57,634 nucleotides of DNA from a virus, in the IMG/VR virus record IMGVR_UViG_3300045988_159412; one strand, given 5' to 3'. Position 1 is the first letter of the stretch. Each line of letters begins with the position of its first letter. The notes under the pieces are model-generated. The model saw nothing but the letters and a program-made list of their open reading frames with translations, did not search any database and had not been told where the DNA came from. Below, one piece after another: positions 25,406-34,157 of the stretch. Position numbers and translations under genes: made by a program.

Positions 25406-26725
25406 TTATTTTTTATATTCTTCATATTTTTTTATAAGTTTTTTTAGACGTTCGGTTTTAGCGTTCTCCATTAAGTAATTCTGCAAAAACAATCTAATAC
25501 TTAACAAATCGCTTTTATATAGATCTTGCGCTTCAATGGAATATTTGTAAATATGATAACAAAAATCTAAAATGGATTTTATCATAATCGTATCAACAGT
25601 CCCTTTGCCGCGTCGAAATTCTATTGTTTGACTATTGGTGAAATTTAATTCTAGGTATCTGGAGTCGCAATAAGGCTGAAATATTTTTTCCAGTCCTAAT
25701 TCTGATGCCGCGCTTGGATGTATTCCAAATTCCATTAGCTTTTGAATTTGCGGTTCAGCTCTACAATATCCTGTATTATTCCTTCCAAAAAGTTCTGTAA
25801 TAAATGCATAAGGGAAACAGTAAAAAGCCTTTTTCAGCATAATACAAACCTTTGTGCAGAAATTGACTTTTGATAAATGTATGTGGAATCCTGTATCTGA
25901 TGTTTTTTGCGAAAAACAAAAAAATTTAGGCATGAATTCTTTTGTTAATATATCAATACCTCCTTCATCTTTGATTAGATCATCAAAAGACATGGGAAGT
26001 GTTGTTATTTCTACGCCTCCTTCTTCGGGGGAAATACTACTATCTCTTTGCAAGTAGAAGAAATTTGAGGTATTATCAAAAATACATCTTTTTTTTGAAT
26101 AAACTTCTAGTTCTAAGCCTAGAAGCGGCTCTTTTAATTTTCTGTTGTCAGGCTTACACCATACATCAGGGAAATAGTGATAACTTCTTAGTCTGGTATC
26201 AACAAATAATTTTGGACAATTAGGGTGCTCATAAGTTGTTTTATTATCCCCTAGATGCGGAATTATGTATTCTGTTAGATATTCGACGTTGCTTTCATTT
26301 AGATTTCCCCATAAAACATTTTCAACAAAAAATCTTAGGATTTTCACATATTCCGGGGAATATTTTTTATATAAAATTTTATCAGGCGTTAGATTTATTC
26401 TATTTGTCAATCTTTTATTTAGTTTAATCATATCGGAATTTTTTATTAGTCTGATTTTGTTTTTGCCATAAACACGACCGCGGAAGTCTCTTTCTCCGAT
26501 ATATTTCAAAAATGCCGTAATTTTTCTTCTGGATTTTGACAAGAAAGACACATCAAGATTTTTGTATGTATTGTCAAGATATTCTTCTTTAAGAATTTCT
26601 TTGTAGTTTTTTCTCACAAAATTGAATAAGATCTCTAAAGCTTTTGTTTCTTTTGCGTTCATTTTTTTTAAAAAATAATACGGTTGTTGTTGTTTTTGTT
26701 GTTGATTTCTGAATAAGCTTCCCAC
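25406..26725 (-). CDS. hypothetical protein, 439 aa; possible glutamine-synthetase-like amidoligase (weak)
   Basis: Conserved-looking LGLELEVYS (E-x-E strand), GFHIHLSKV (H-x-H) and EFRRGKG (Arg) resemble the metal and ATP ligand pattern of GS/GCS2-type amidoligases. Shares an operon with a GAT-II domain protein, a described association. The low-complexity N-terminus suggests the true start may be MNAKETK. Confidence 0.45.
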   Translation of the reverse strand: MGSLFRNQQQKQQQPYYFLKKMNAKETKALEILFNFVRKNYKEILKEEYLDNTYKNLDVSFLSKSRRKITAFLKYIGERDFRGRVYGKNKIRLIKNSDMIKLNKRLTNRINLTPDKILYKKYSPEYVKILRFFVENVLWGNLNESNVEYLTEYIIPHLGDNKTTYEHPNCPKLFVDTRLRSYHYFPDVWCKPDNRKLKEPLLGLELEVYSKKRCIFDNTSNFFYLQRDSSISPEEGGVEITTLPMSFDDLIKDEGGIDILTKEFMPKFFCFSQKTSDTGFHIHLSKVNFCTKVCIMLKKAFYCFPYAFITELFGRNNTGYCRAEPQIQKLMEFGIHPSAASELGLEKIFQPYCDSRYLELNFTNSQTIEFRRGKGTVDTIMIKSILDFCYHIYKYSIEAQDLYKSDLLSIRLFLQNYLMENAKTERLKKLIKKYEEYKK

Positions 26726-27243
26726 AATTCTTCCACATGTTGCCTTGTGTCATGCAGTTTTAAGAAAAGCTCTTGTGATAAATTTACGAGTATTCCTTTT
26801 TTGTTAAGCTTTATTGCACAATGTTTATAATACTTTAGTGCTAATGCTTTATTTGATGTGAAGCAACGTGTGTGCGGATATATAGATTTTAGATTAGATT
26901 CTCCGTATTCCGGAAAATGACCTAAAACTTGCTTAGTCTTATATTCGTACCAGTTTACAGGCTTCACCCCGACAAATAAGAATCCTACATTGGCTCCGCC
27001 GCCAGTTTTACGCATGATAGGTAGATAACCGATTGTGTTTCCTTTTATTGTGTATGGTGTTATATATTTTTTTATAATTTCGCCTGTTCTAGTATTTTCT
27101 AGTTCTAGAAAATATTTAATACTGATTGATTTTTTTAAAAATTCAATCATCTTTTCGTTGTTTTCACTTTCTAACATTGTAGATACTAAAGGTGTTTTGT
27201 TTCTACAAGTTAGATACATTTTAATTATATACATTGTATTCAT
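26668..27243 (-). CDS. hypothetical protein, 191 aa
   Basis: AT-rich ORF in the axis-proximal operon. No motif. Confidence 0.5.
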   Translation of the reverse strand: MNTMYIIKMYLTCRNKTPLVSTMLESENNEKMIEFLKKSISIKYFLELENTRTGEIIKKYITPYTIKGNTIGYLPIMRKTGGGANVGFLFVGVKPVNWYEYKTKQVLGHFPEYGESNLKSIYPHTRCFTSNKALALKYYKHCAIKLNKKGILVNLSQELFLKLHDTRQHVEELWEAYSEINNKNNNNRIIF

Positions 27244-27677
27244 TTTTTTTGTTTTTCTTTTTCTTCTCCTGTTTCGAGAAAAATCTTTAAATCAAGCTCA
27301 ATGTTGTTTTTAAGTAAACTAAATTTTAGGTTTTCATCAACAAGGGTATAAGCTAATAAAAGAGCATCTTTTTTATTAAAAACTTCTTTCTTAAATTCTG
27401 GAATGGTGTAAATTGTGAGTTCGTTTTTTATTAGTTTTGCTAATGAGCCGTAAATTAGCAATCCTTTAAAACTCAATCCTTCAAACTCGTCACTGAGAGT
27501 AAAGCGATTCCCGTGCCTAACAAAAATCAAAGAATCTTGTTTTTTAGCTTTTAGTCGCAGTGCGGTTTCGATGAATCCGAAATTTCTTCTTTCCTTTTTA
27601 GGGACTAGGTATAAAAAGTTTCCCCCTTTTATTACCTTTGCGACCTTAGATAAAAGGTGATCAATATCTTTTTTCAT
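27240..27677 (-). CDS. hypothetical protein, 145 aa
   Basis: AT-rich ORF. Its stop overlaps the downstream start (ATGA). Confidence 0.5.
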   Translation of the reverse strand: MKKDIDHLLSKVAKVIKGGNFLYLVPKKERRNFGFIETALRLKAKKQDSLIFVRHGNRFTLSDEFEGLSFKGLLIYGSLAKLIKNELTIYTIPEFKKEVFNKKDALLLAYTLVDENLKFSLLKNNIELDLKIFLETGEEKEKQKK

Positions 27678-27960
27678 TTAATTCTAACGTTTTAAAGTTA
27701 AACCTATATTCTCGATTTTCCTTTAGCGGGCATTTCCGGAAATCGCTAATCAAATCGCCTTCCGGACGGCTCTCTATTCTGAAAATCAATCTCCTAGGGT
27801 GTTTGTTTGCGATAAAAACTTCTATGATTGAGCCTATTCTCCAATCATCTTTTATCGCCGAAAAAAAACACCTAAGACCGTGATTGAAATTTAGATAGGA
27901 GACAGGGAACATCCGCCTTTCTTCTTGTGGGTTTTCAAACTCAAATTGATAAACTTTCAT
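27661..27960 (-). CDS. hypothetical protein, 99 aa
   Basis: AT-rich ORF in the operon. Confidence 0.45.
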   Translation of the reverse strand: MKVYQFEFENPQEERRMFPVSYLNFNHGLRCFFSAIKDDWRIGSIIEVFIANKHPRRLIFRIESRPEGDLISDFRKCPLKENREYRFNFKTLELNEKRY

Positions 27961-27963
27961 TTC

Positions 27964-28293
27964 TTAAAATGATGAATAATTGATAAGCGCTTCTTGAGGT
28001 AAAATGACTTTGGATTGAAAGCATATTCCAATAATAGGCAACATTGTTTTTTCTTCTTTATCAACTCTAATAAGTTTTTTGTTCATGCGACAAATATATG
28101 AAAACTCTTCAAATCCAGCATCGATCAACATGCATTTAAGTATTTCTCTTTCAAAAAAGCCACACATTGGCTTTTTTAGCTCATAAATAATTTCATATTT
28201 CCTTGTTTCTCCTAGTTTTCTTTTTATATTTATTTTTGTTTTTTGCTTCAAAAAACAACTTAAACACCCATATGTATCTTTGATTATTTTCAT
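27964..28293 (-). CDS. hypothetical protein, 109 aa
   Basis: AT-rich ORF in the operon. Confidence 0.45.
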   Translation of the reverse strand: MKIIKDTYGCLSCFLKQKTKINIKRKLGETRKYEIIYELKKPMCGFFEREILKCMLIDAGFEEFSYICRMNKKLIRVDKEEKTMLPIIGICFQSKVILPQEALINYSSF

Positions 28294-28589
28294 TTTATGA
28301 ATATTAGTTTTTCAGTTTTTTTGTAACAAGGAAAACGTCTTATCATTTCTGCTAAAGAGTTTCTATATGAAAAAATAAAGCTTACTGGCTTTCTTTCTCT
28401 TTTTAATCTTTCAATATTAGAGTATTCCTTGAATACGAATATATTAAAAATTTCTTTTCTTATCATCTCTTTTTCAGTTTTTTTAAAAATTCCCACAAAA
28501 AAAGTTTTTTTGTTTTTCAGGGTAACAATGAGAAAAAAATCATTATTGTTGATAATATCGTAACACTCTACTAAATATTTGGTTTTCAT
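28290..28589 (-). CDS. hypothetical protein, 99 aa (probably the first real gene of the axis-proximal operon)
   Basis: ATG start MKTKYLVECYDIINN. Overlaps the downstream gene by ATGA. Confidence 0.45.
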   Translation of the reverse strand: MKTKYLVECYDIINNNDFFLIVTLKNKKTFFVGIFKKTEKEMIRKEIFNIFVFKEYSNIERLKRERKPVSFIFSYRNSLAEMIRRFPCYKKTEKLIFIK

Positions 28590-28758
28590 GTTTTTTTATT
28601 TTTAAGTGAGACTTAACGACATAACTAGCCGCACACAATGCCCTTCCCTGCAGGGCAATCCAACTCATGCCTCTATACGGAGGCAATTCTCCATATTTTT
28701 TCTTTTTGAATTTTGAGGGGGTGCAAAGTCTTTTCGCTATTTCGTAATTACTAATCAA
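28543..28758 (-). CDS. doubtful 71-aa ORF next to the palindrome axis
   Basis: The track's Met is a TTG codon. The first in-frame ATG would leave only 41 aa. Overlaps the 99-aa gene. Confidence 0.2.
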   Translation of the reverse strand: MISNYEIAKRLCTPSKFKKKKYGELPPYRGMSWIALQGRALCAASYVVKSHLKIKKHENQIFSRVLRYYQQ

Positions 28759-28876
28759 GGAGCACCCGCCTTCCGAATATTTACACCAGTCACACGCTCC
28801 GTTTAGTAACTCATTTGCAAATGAGTTACTAAACGGAGCGTGTGACTGGTGTAAATATTCGGAAGGCGGGTGCTCC

Positions 28877-29092
28877 TTGATTAGTAATTACGAAATAGCG
28901 AAAAGACTTTGCACCCCCTCAAAATTCAAAAAGAAAAAATATGGAGAATTGCCTCCGTATAGAGGCATGAGTTGGATTGCCCTGCAGGGAAGGGCATTGT
29001 GTGCGGCTAGTTATGTCGTTAAGTCTCACTTAAAAATAAAAAAACATGAAAACCAAATATTTAGTAGAGTGTTACGATATTATCAACAATAA
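28877..29092 (+). CDS. doubtful 71-aa ORF (mirror of 28543..28758)
   Basis: Exact reverse-complement copy. Same caveats. Confidence 0.2.
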   Translation: MISNYEIAKRLCTPSKFKKKKYGELPPYRGMSWIALQGRALCAASYVVKSHLKIKKHENQIFSRVLRYYQQ

Positions 29093-29345
29093 TGATTTTT
29101 TTCTCATTGTTACCCTGAAAAACAAAAAAACTTTTTTTGTGGGAATTTTTAAAAAAACTGAAAAAGAGATGATAAGAAAAGAAATTTTTAATATATTCGT
29201 ATTCAAGGAATACTCTAATATTGAAAGATTAAAAAGAGAAAGAAAGCCAGTAAGCTTTATTTTTTCATATAGAAACTCTTTAGCAGAAATGATAAGACGT
29301 TTTCCTTGTTACAAAAAAACTGAAAAACTAATATTCATAAAATGA
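29046..29345 (+). CDS. hypothetical protein, 99 aa (mirror of 28290..28589)
   Basis: Exact reverse-complement copy. Confidence 0.45.
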   Translation: MKTKYLVECYDIINNNDFFLIVTLKNKKTFFVGIFKKTEKEMIRKEIFNIFVFKEYSNIERLKRERKPVSFIFSYRNSLAEMIRRFPCYKKTEKLIFIK

Positions 29346-29671
29346 AAATAATCAAAGATACATATGGGTGTTTAAGTTGTTTTTTGAAGCAAAAAACAAA
29401 AATAAATATAAAAAGAAAACTAGGAGAAACAAGGAAATATGAAATTATTTATGAGCTAAAAAAGCCAATGTGTGGCTTTTTTGAAAGAGAAATACTTAAA
29501 TGCATGTTGATCGATGCTGGATTTGAAGAGTTTTCATATATTTGTCGCATGAACAAAAAACTTATTAGAGTTGATAAAGAAGAAAAAACAATGTTGCCTA
29601 TTATTGGAATATGCTTTCAATCCAAAGTCATTTTACCTCAAGAAGCGCTTATCAATTATTCATCATTTTAA
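29342..29671 (+). CDS. hypothetical protein, 109 aa (mirror of 27964..28293)
   Basis: Exact reverse-complement copy. Confidence 0.45.
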   Translation: MKIIKDTYGCLSCFLKQKTKINIKRKLGETRKYEIIYELKKPMCGFFEREILKCMLIDAGFEEFSYICRMNKKLIRVDKEEKTMLPIIGICFQSKVILPQEALINYSSF

Positions 29672-29674
29672 GAA

Positions 29675-29974
29675 ATGAAAGTTTATCAATTTGAGTTTGA
29701 AAACCCACAAGAAGAAAGGCGGATGTTCCCTGTCTCCTATCTAAATTTCAATCACGGTCTTAGGTGTTTTTTTTCGGCGATAAAAGATGATTGGAGAATA
29801 GGCTCAATCATAGAAGTTTTTATCGCAAACAAACACCCTAGGAGATTGATTTTCAGAATAGAGAGCCGTCCGGAAGGCGATTTGATTAGCGATTTCCGGA
29901 AATGCCCGCTAAAGGAAAATCGAGAATATAGGTTTAACTTTAAAACGTTAGAATTAAATGAAAAAAGATATTGA
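29675..29974 (+). CDS. hypothetical protein, 99 aa (mirror of 27661..27960)
   Basis: Exact reverse-complement copy. Confidence 0.45.
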   Translation: MKVYQFEFENPQEERRMFPVSYLNFNHGLRCFFSAIKDDWRIGSIIEVFIANKHPRRLIFRIESRPEGDLISDFRKCPLKENREYRFNFKTLELNEKRY

Positions 29975-30395
29975 TCACCTTTTATCTAAGGTCGCAAAGG
30001 TAATAAAAGGGGGAAACTTTTTATACCTAGTCCCTAAAAAGGAAAGAAGAAATTTCGGATTCATCGAAACCGCACTGCGACTAAAAGCTAAAAAACAAGA
30101 TTCTTTGATTTTTGTTAGGCACGGGAATCGCTTTACTCTCAGTGACGAGTTTGAAGGATTGAGTTTTAAAGGATTGCTAATTTACGGCTCATTAGCAAAA
30201 CTAATAAAAAACGAACTCACAATTTACACCATTCCAGAATTTAAGAAAGAAGTTTTTAATAAAAAAGATGCTCTTTTATTAGCTTATACCCTTGTTGATG
30301 AAAACCTAAAATTTAGTTTACTTAAAAACAACATTGAGCTTGATTTAAAGATTTTTCTCGAAACAGGAGAAGAAAAAGAAAAACAAAAAAAATGA
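29958..30395 (+). CDS. hypothetical protein, 145 aa (mirror of 27240..27677)
   Basis: Exact reverse-complement copy. Confidence 0.5.
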   Translation: MKKDIDHLLSKVAKVIKGGNFLYLVPKKERRNFGFIETALRLKAKKQDSLIFVRHGNRFTLSDEFEGLSFKGLLIYGSLAKLIKNELTIYTIPEFKKEVFNKKDALLLAYTLVDENLKFSLLKNNIELDLKIFLETGEEKEKQKK

Positions 30396-30967
30396 ATACA
30401 ATGTATATAATTAAAATGTATCTAACTTGTAGAAACAAAACACCTTTAGTATCTACAATGTTAGAAAGTGAAAACAACGAAAAGATGATTGAATTTTTAA
30501 AAAAATCAATCAGTATTAAATATTTTCTAGAACTAGAAAATACTAGAACAGGCGAAATTATAAAAAAATATATAACACCATACACAATAAAAGGAAACAC
30601 AATCGGTTATCTACCTATCATGCGTAAAACTGGCGGCGGAGCCAATGTAGGATTCTTATTTGTCGGGGTGAAGCCTGTAAACTGGTACGAATATAAGACT
30701 AAGCAAGTTTTAGGTCATTTTCCGGAATACGGAGAATCTAATCTAAAATCTATATATCCGCACACACGTTGCTTCACATCAAATAAAGCATTAGCACTAA
30801 AGTATTATAAACATTGTGCAATAAAGCTTAACAAAAAAGGAATACTCGTAAATTTATCACAAGAGCTTTTCTTAAAACTGCATGACACAAGGCAACATGT
30901 GGAAGAATTGTGGGAAGCTTATTCAGAAATCAACAACAAAAACAACAACAACCGTATTATTTTTTAA
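30392..30967 (+). CDS. hypothetical protein, 191 aa (mirror of 26668..27243)
   Basis: Exact reverse-complement copy. Confidence 0.5.
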   Translation: MNTMYIIKMYLTCRNKTPLVSTMLESENNEKMIEFLKKSISIKYFLELENTRTGEIIKKYITPYTIKGNTIGYLPIMRKTGGGANVGFLFVGVKPVNWYEYKTKQVLGHFPEYGESNLKSIYPHTRCFTSNKALALKYYKHCAIKLNKKGILVNLSQELFLKLHDTRQHVEELWEAYSEINNKNNNNRIIF

Positions 30968-32229
30968 AAAAAATGAACGCAAAAGAAACAAAAGCTTTAG
31001 AGATCTTATTCAATTTTGTGAGAAAAAACTACAAAGAAATTCTTAAAGAAGAATATCTTGACAATACATACAAAAATCTTGATGTGTCTTTCTTGTCAAA
31101 ATCCAGAAGAAAAATTACGGCATTTTTGAAATATATCGGAGAAAGAGACTTCCGCGGTCGTGTTTATGGCAAAAACAAAATCAGACTAATAAAAAATTCC
31201 GATATGATTAAACTAAATAAAAGATTGACAAATAGAATAAATCTAACGCCTGATAAAATTTTATATAAAAAATATTCCCCGGAATATGTGAAAATCCTAA
31301 GATTTTTTGTTGAAAATGTTTTATGGGGAAATCTAAATGAAAGCAACGTCGAATATCTAACAGAATACATAATTCCGCATCTAGGGGATAATAAAACAAC
31401 TTATGAGCACCCTAATTGTCCAAAATTATTTGTTGATACCAGACTAAGAAGTTATCACTATTTCCCTGATGTATGGTGTAAGCCTGACAACAGAAAATTA
31501 AAAGAGCCGCTTCTAGGCTTAGAACTAGAAGTTTATTCAAAAAAAAGATGTATTTTTGATAATACCTCAAATTTCTTCTACTTGCAAAGAGATAGTAGTA
31601 TTTCCCCCGAAGAAGGAGGCGTAGAAATAACAACACTTCCCATGTCTTTTGATGATCTAATCAAAGATGAAGGAGGTATTGATATATTAACAAAAGAATT
31701 CATGCCTAAATTTTTTTGTTTTTCGCAAAAAACATCAGATACAGGATTCCACATACATTTATCAAAAGTCAATTTCTGCACAAAGGTTTGTATTATGCTG
31801 AAAAAGGCTTTTTACTGTTTCCCTTATGCATTTATTACAGAACTTTTTGGAAGGAATAATACAGGATATTGTAGAGCTGAACCGCAAATTCAAAAGCTAA
31901 TGGAATTTGGAATACATCCAAGCGCGGCATCAGAATTAGGACTGGAAAAAATATTTCAGCCTTATTGCGACTCCAGATACCTAGAATTAAATTTCACCAA
32001 TAGTCAAACAATAGAATTTCGACGCGGCAAAGGGACTGTTGATACGATTATGATAAAATCCATTTTAGATTTTTGTTATCATATTTACAAATATTCCATT
32101 GAAGCGCAAGATCTATATAAAAGCGATTTGTTAAGTATTAGATTGTTTTTGCAGAATTACTTAATGGAGAACGCTAAAACCGAACGTCTAAAAAAACTTA
32201 TAAAAAAATATGAAGAATATAAAAAATAA
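30910..32229 (+). CDS. hypothetical protein, 439 aa; possible GS-like amidoligase (mirror of 25406..26725)
   Basis: Exact reverse-complement copy. Same weak motif evidence. Confidence 0.45.
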   Translation: MGSLFRNQQQKQQQPYYFLKKMNAKETKALEILFNFVRKNYKEILKEEYLDNTYKNLDVSFLSKSRRKITAFLKYIGERDFRGRVYGKNKIRLIKNSDMIKLNKRLTNRINLTPDKILYKKYSPEYVKILRFFVENVLWGNLNESNVEYLTEYIIPHLGDNKTTYEHPNCPKLFVDTRLRSYHYFPDVWCKPDNRKLKEPLLGLELEVYSKKRCIFDNTSNFFYLQRDSSISPEEGGVEITTLPMSFDDLIKDEGGIDILTKEFMPKFFCFSQKTSDTGFHIHLSKVNFCTKVCIMLKKAFYCFPYAFITELFGRNNTGYCRAEPQIQKLMEFGIHPSAASELGLEKIFQPYCDSRYLELNFTNSQTIEFRRGKGTVDTIMIKSILDFCYHIYKYSIEAQDLYKSDLLSIRLFLQNYLMENAKTERLKKLIKKYEEYKK

Positions 32230-32308
32230 AATACAAAAAACAATTATCGAAACAATTATAATCATTTTTGGACTATTGATATACTTTAGCCTGATGTTCG
32301 CATTAGGC

Positions 32309-32416
32309 TTTTGAAAGAGCAGAAGAAAGAGCAAATGAAAGAGCAGAAGAAAGAGCAAATGAAAGAGCAGAAGAAAGAGCAAATGAAAGAGCAGAAGAAA
32401 GAGCAGAAGAAAGAGC
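32309..32416. repeat. 12-bp by 9 coding tandem repeat (mirror of 25219..25326)
   Basis: gaaagagcagaa / gaaagagcaaat units read directly. Confidence 0.9.
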
Positions 32417-32718
32417 AATCCTCTTTTTTGCGACGACAAACAAACCTAGAATGCTATATTTCGAGCTTGATAGGTAGCCTTAACTTAGAATTCTCAAATG
32501 TTTTCCATAGGCCTTTATCTCAAGATCTATTTCAAAAAATAAGGCTGGAAACTATCAATTATTTGCTTAGAAACGGAGTTAAAATGACATACCCTACATA
32601 TCAGCAATATACTTTCGTAAAAATCTTTTACGAGACGCCGGAAGAAGAAAATAAAGCTTTTTCCCTAATGGAAGGTATCAAAAATATCATCACAAAAAAC
32701 GCAGAAAAAAAACAATAA
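32311..32718 (+). CDS. KEQK/KEQM tandem-repeat protein, 135 aa (mirror of 24917..25324)
   Basis: Exact reverse-complement copy. Confidence 0.55.
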   Translation: MKEQKKEQMKEQKKEQMKEQKKEQMKEQKKEQKKEQSSFLRRQTNLECYISSLIGSLNLEFSNVFHRPLSQDLFQKIRLETINYLLRNGVKMTYPTYQQYTFVKIFYETPEEENKAFSLMEGIKNIITKNAEKKQ

Positions 32719-32731
32719 CAAAACAAAAAAC

Positions 32732-33418
32732 ATGTGTATCATTGCTTACGGATTCAAGAAAGATATCGGCACTCAACGTTTTCAAAATTGCCTAACAAAT
32801 AATCCAGACGGATTTTTCCTGCTAGGTTTTAAGAGAGGAAGCAAAGACGATAACCCGGAATTTCTAATTAGAACTCTTCTAAAAAAGGAAGTTGTGGCCA
32901 CATGGGAAAAAATTCCTAATGATTACGTAGTCCTTCTTCACGCTAGAATCAAAACTCATGGCTCTATTTCTGAAAAAAACGTTCACGGTTGGAGCGGTAG
33001 CGGCTGGTATTTTTGCCACAACGGCGTTCTTTCCATAAAAAATAAAGGAGATTTAACCGATAGTGAAACCTTCTTCCGATACCTGTTTTTGCCAGCCTTT
33101 GGCGAAACAGGTATCAAGGAAACAAATGAGGGCATTGATGATATGGTTAACTCTATCATTGGCCAAAGCAAATTTGTTTTTTGGAAAAACGGAAAGATGT
33201 TGTTTTACGGTAATTTTGAAAGACCAGACAAAAACAAATTCGCTTATTTCTCAAATTCCTCTTATAAAAAGAAAGAATATAGTTACTGCTCTTTTTATGG
33301 GGATGAAGTTTATTGGAACAACAAAACCGGATATTCTAAATATTCCAAGACCTACAATTACTCAAAAAAATACTACTCATTTAATAGCAAACTAATACCC
33401 GAAAAAAGAGTTCAATAG
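32732..33418 (+). CDS. class-II glutamine amidotransferase (Ntn) domain protein, 228 aa (mirror of 24217..24903)
   Basis: Exact reverse-complement copy with the same MC..., NPDG, HARIKTHG...NVHGW and HNGVLSIKN motifs. Confidence 0.75.
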   Translation: MCIIAYGFKKDIGTQRFQNCLTNNPDGFFLLGFKRGSKDDNPEFLIRTLLKKEVVATWEKIPNDYVVLLHARIKTHGSISEKNVHGWSGSGWYFCHNGVLSIKNKGDLTDSETFFRYLFLPAFGETGIKETNEGIDDMVNSIIGQSKFVFWKNGKMLFYGNFERPDKNKFAYFSNSSYKKKEYSYCSFYGDEVYWNNKTGYSKYSKTYNYSKKYYSFNSKLIPEKRVQ

Positions 33419-33443
33419 TTTGTCATAAAAATACACCAAATTC

Positions 33444-33485
33444 AACCCCTGTAGTCTTTATTTAGGCTACAGGGGTTTTTTATTA
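33444..33485 (+). terminator. rho-independent terminator (mirror of 24150..24191)
   Basis: cccctgtag-loop-ctacagggg followed by ttttttatta on the + strand. Confidence 0.55.
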
Positions 33486-33515
33486 CACTTTTGTTTTCTG
33501 GTAGTTAAGGGGACG

Positions 33516-34148
33516 CTAACTTACTGCCTCTTCGATCTGTTCGAGAAAAAAGGTTCGTTTTTTTGAATTCAAAATTGTTAAAAAATTAGAATCATTTCTT
33601 TTTTTCAGCAAGGCGATAAAATCGGAGGATGAATTCACACTCATTCGCACTCCCTCAAAATCGTCCAGCACTAAGAGCGGGGTTGATTGCGCTCTATTTA
33701 TCAGGCGCGTATCCTTTTTATAGCTTGCCATTTCTCTTTCCAGTTCAGGAGCTTTCATGTAAAAAGCCGACCTGCCTTTCCATAATTCCCGCGATATCAA
33801 AGCGCAAGAGGAAAAGGTTTTACCTTTTTCCGGGGTGCAGACAAATAAGCACCCGCTATTTAAGTTTTTCAGAATTGGAAGTATTCGGCTCTTGTCGATC
33901 TTTCCATTCACGCAAGCATCATAAAACCCTTGAGGCACGCCGGATTGCTTTAAACGTTTTTTCCATGATGCTATGCGTTCTTTTTCTTTTTCTTTTCGCC
34001 GCCATTCTTTCGTTTCCTGTTCTGTTGTTAGCGGTATTTCATCTAATCTCTTCAATAGTTCTTCTAAATTCAGGATGTCTTTTGCTAGTTTCGGTTCAGA
34101 AATACGTTCAATTTCTTCTAAGGGATAGTCATGGGAATAGTGATTCAT
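33516..34148 (-). CDS. DnaC/IstB-like AAA+ ATPase, 210 aa (mirror of 23487..24119)
   Basis: Exact reverse-complement copy. Confidence 0.6.
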   Translation of the reverse strand: MNHYSHDYPLEEIERISEPKLAKDILNLEELLKRLDEIPLTTEQETKEWRRKEKEKERIASWKKRLKQSGVPQGFYDACVNGKIDKSRILPILKNLNSGCLFVCTPEKGKTFSSCALISRELWKGRSAFYMKAPELEREMASYKKDTRLINRAQSTPLLVLDDFEGVRMSVNSSSDFIALLKKRNDSNFLTILNSKKRTFFLEQIEEAVS

Positions 34149-34157
34149 ATCCTGATT

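Noticed and set aside
28543-29092. 71-aa ORF pair flanking the axis as the axis-proximal genes
   Set aside because: Both depend on a TTG initiation codon. With the first ATG only 41 aa remain, and the ORF overlaps the 99-aa gene. Kept only as a very low-confidence feature.
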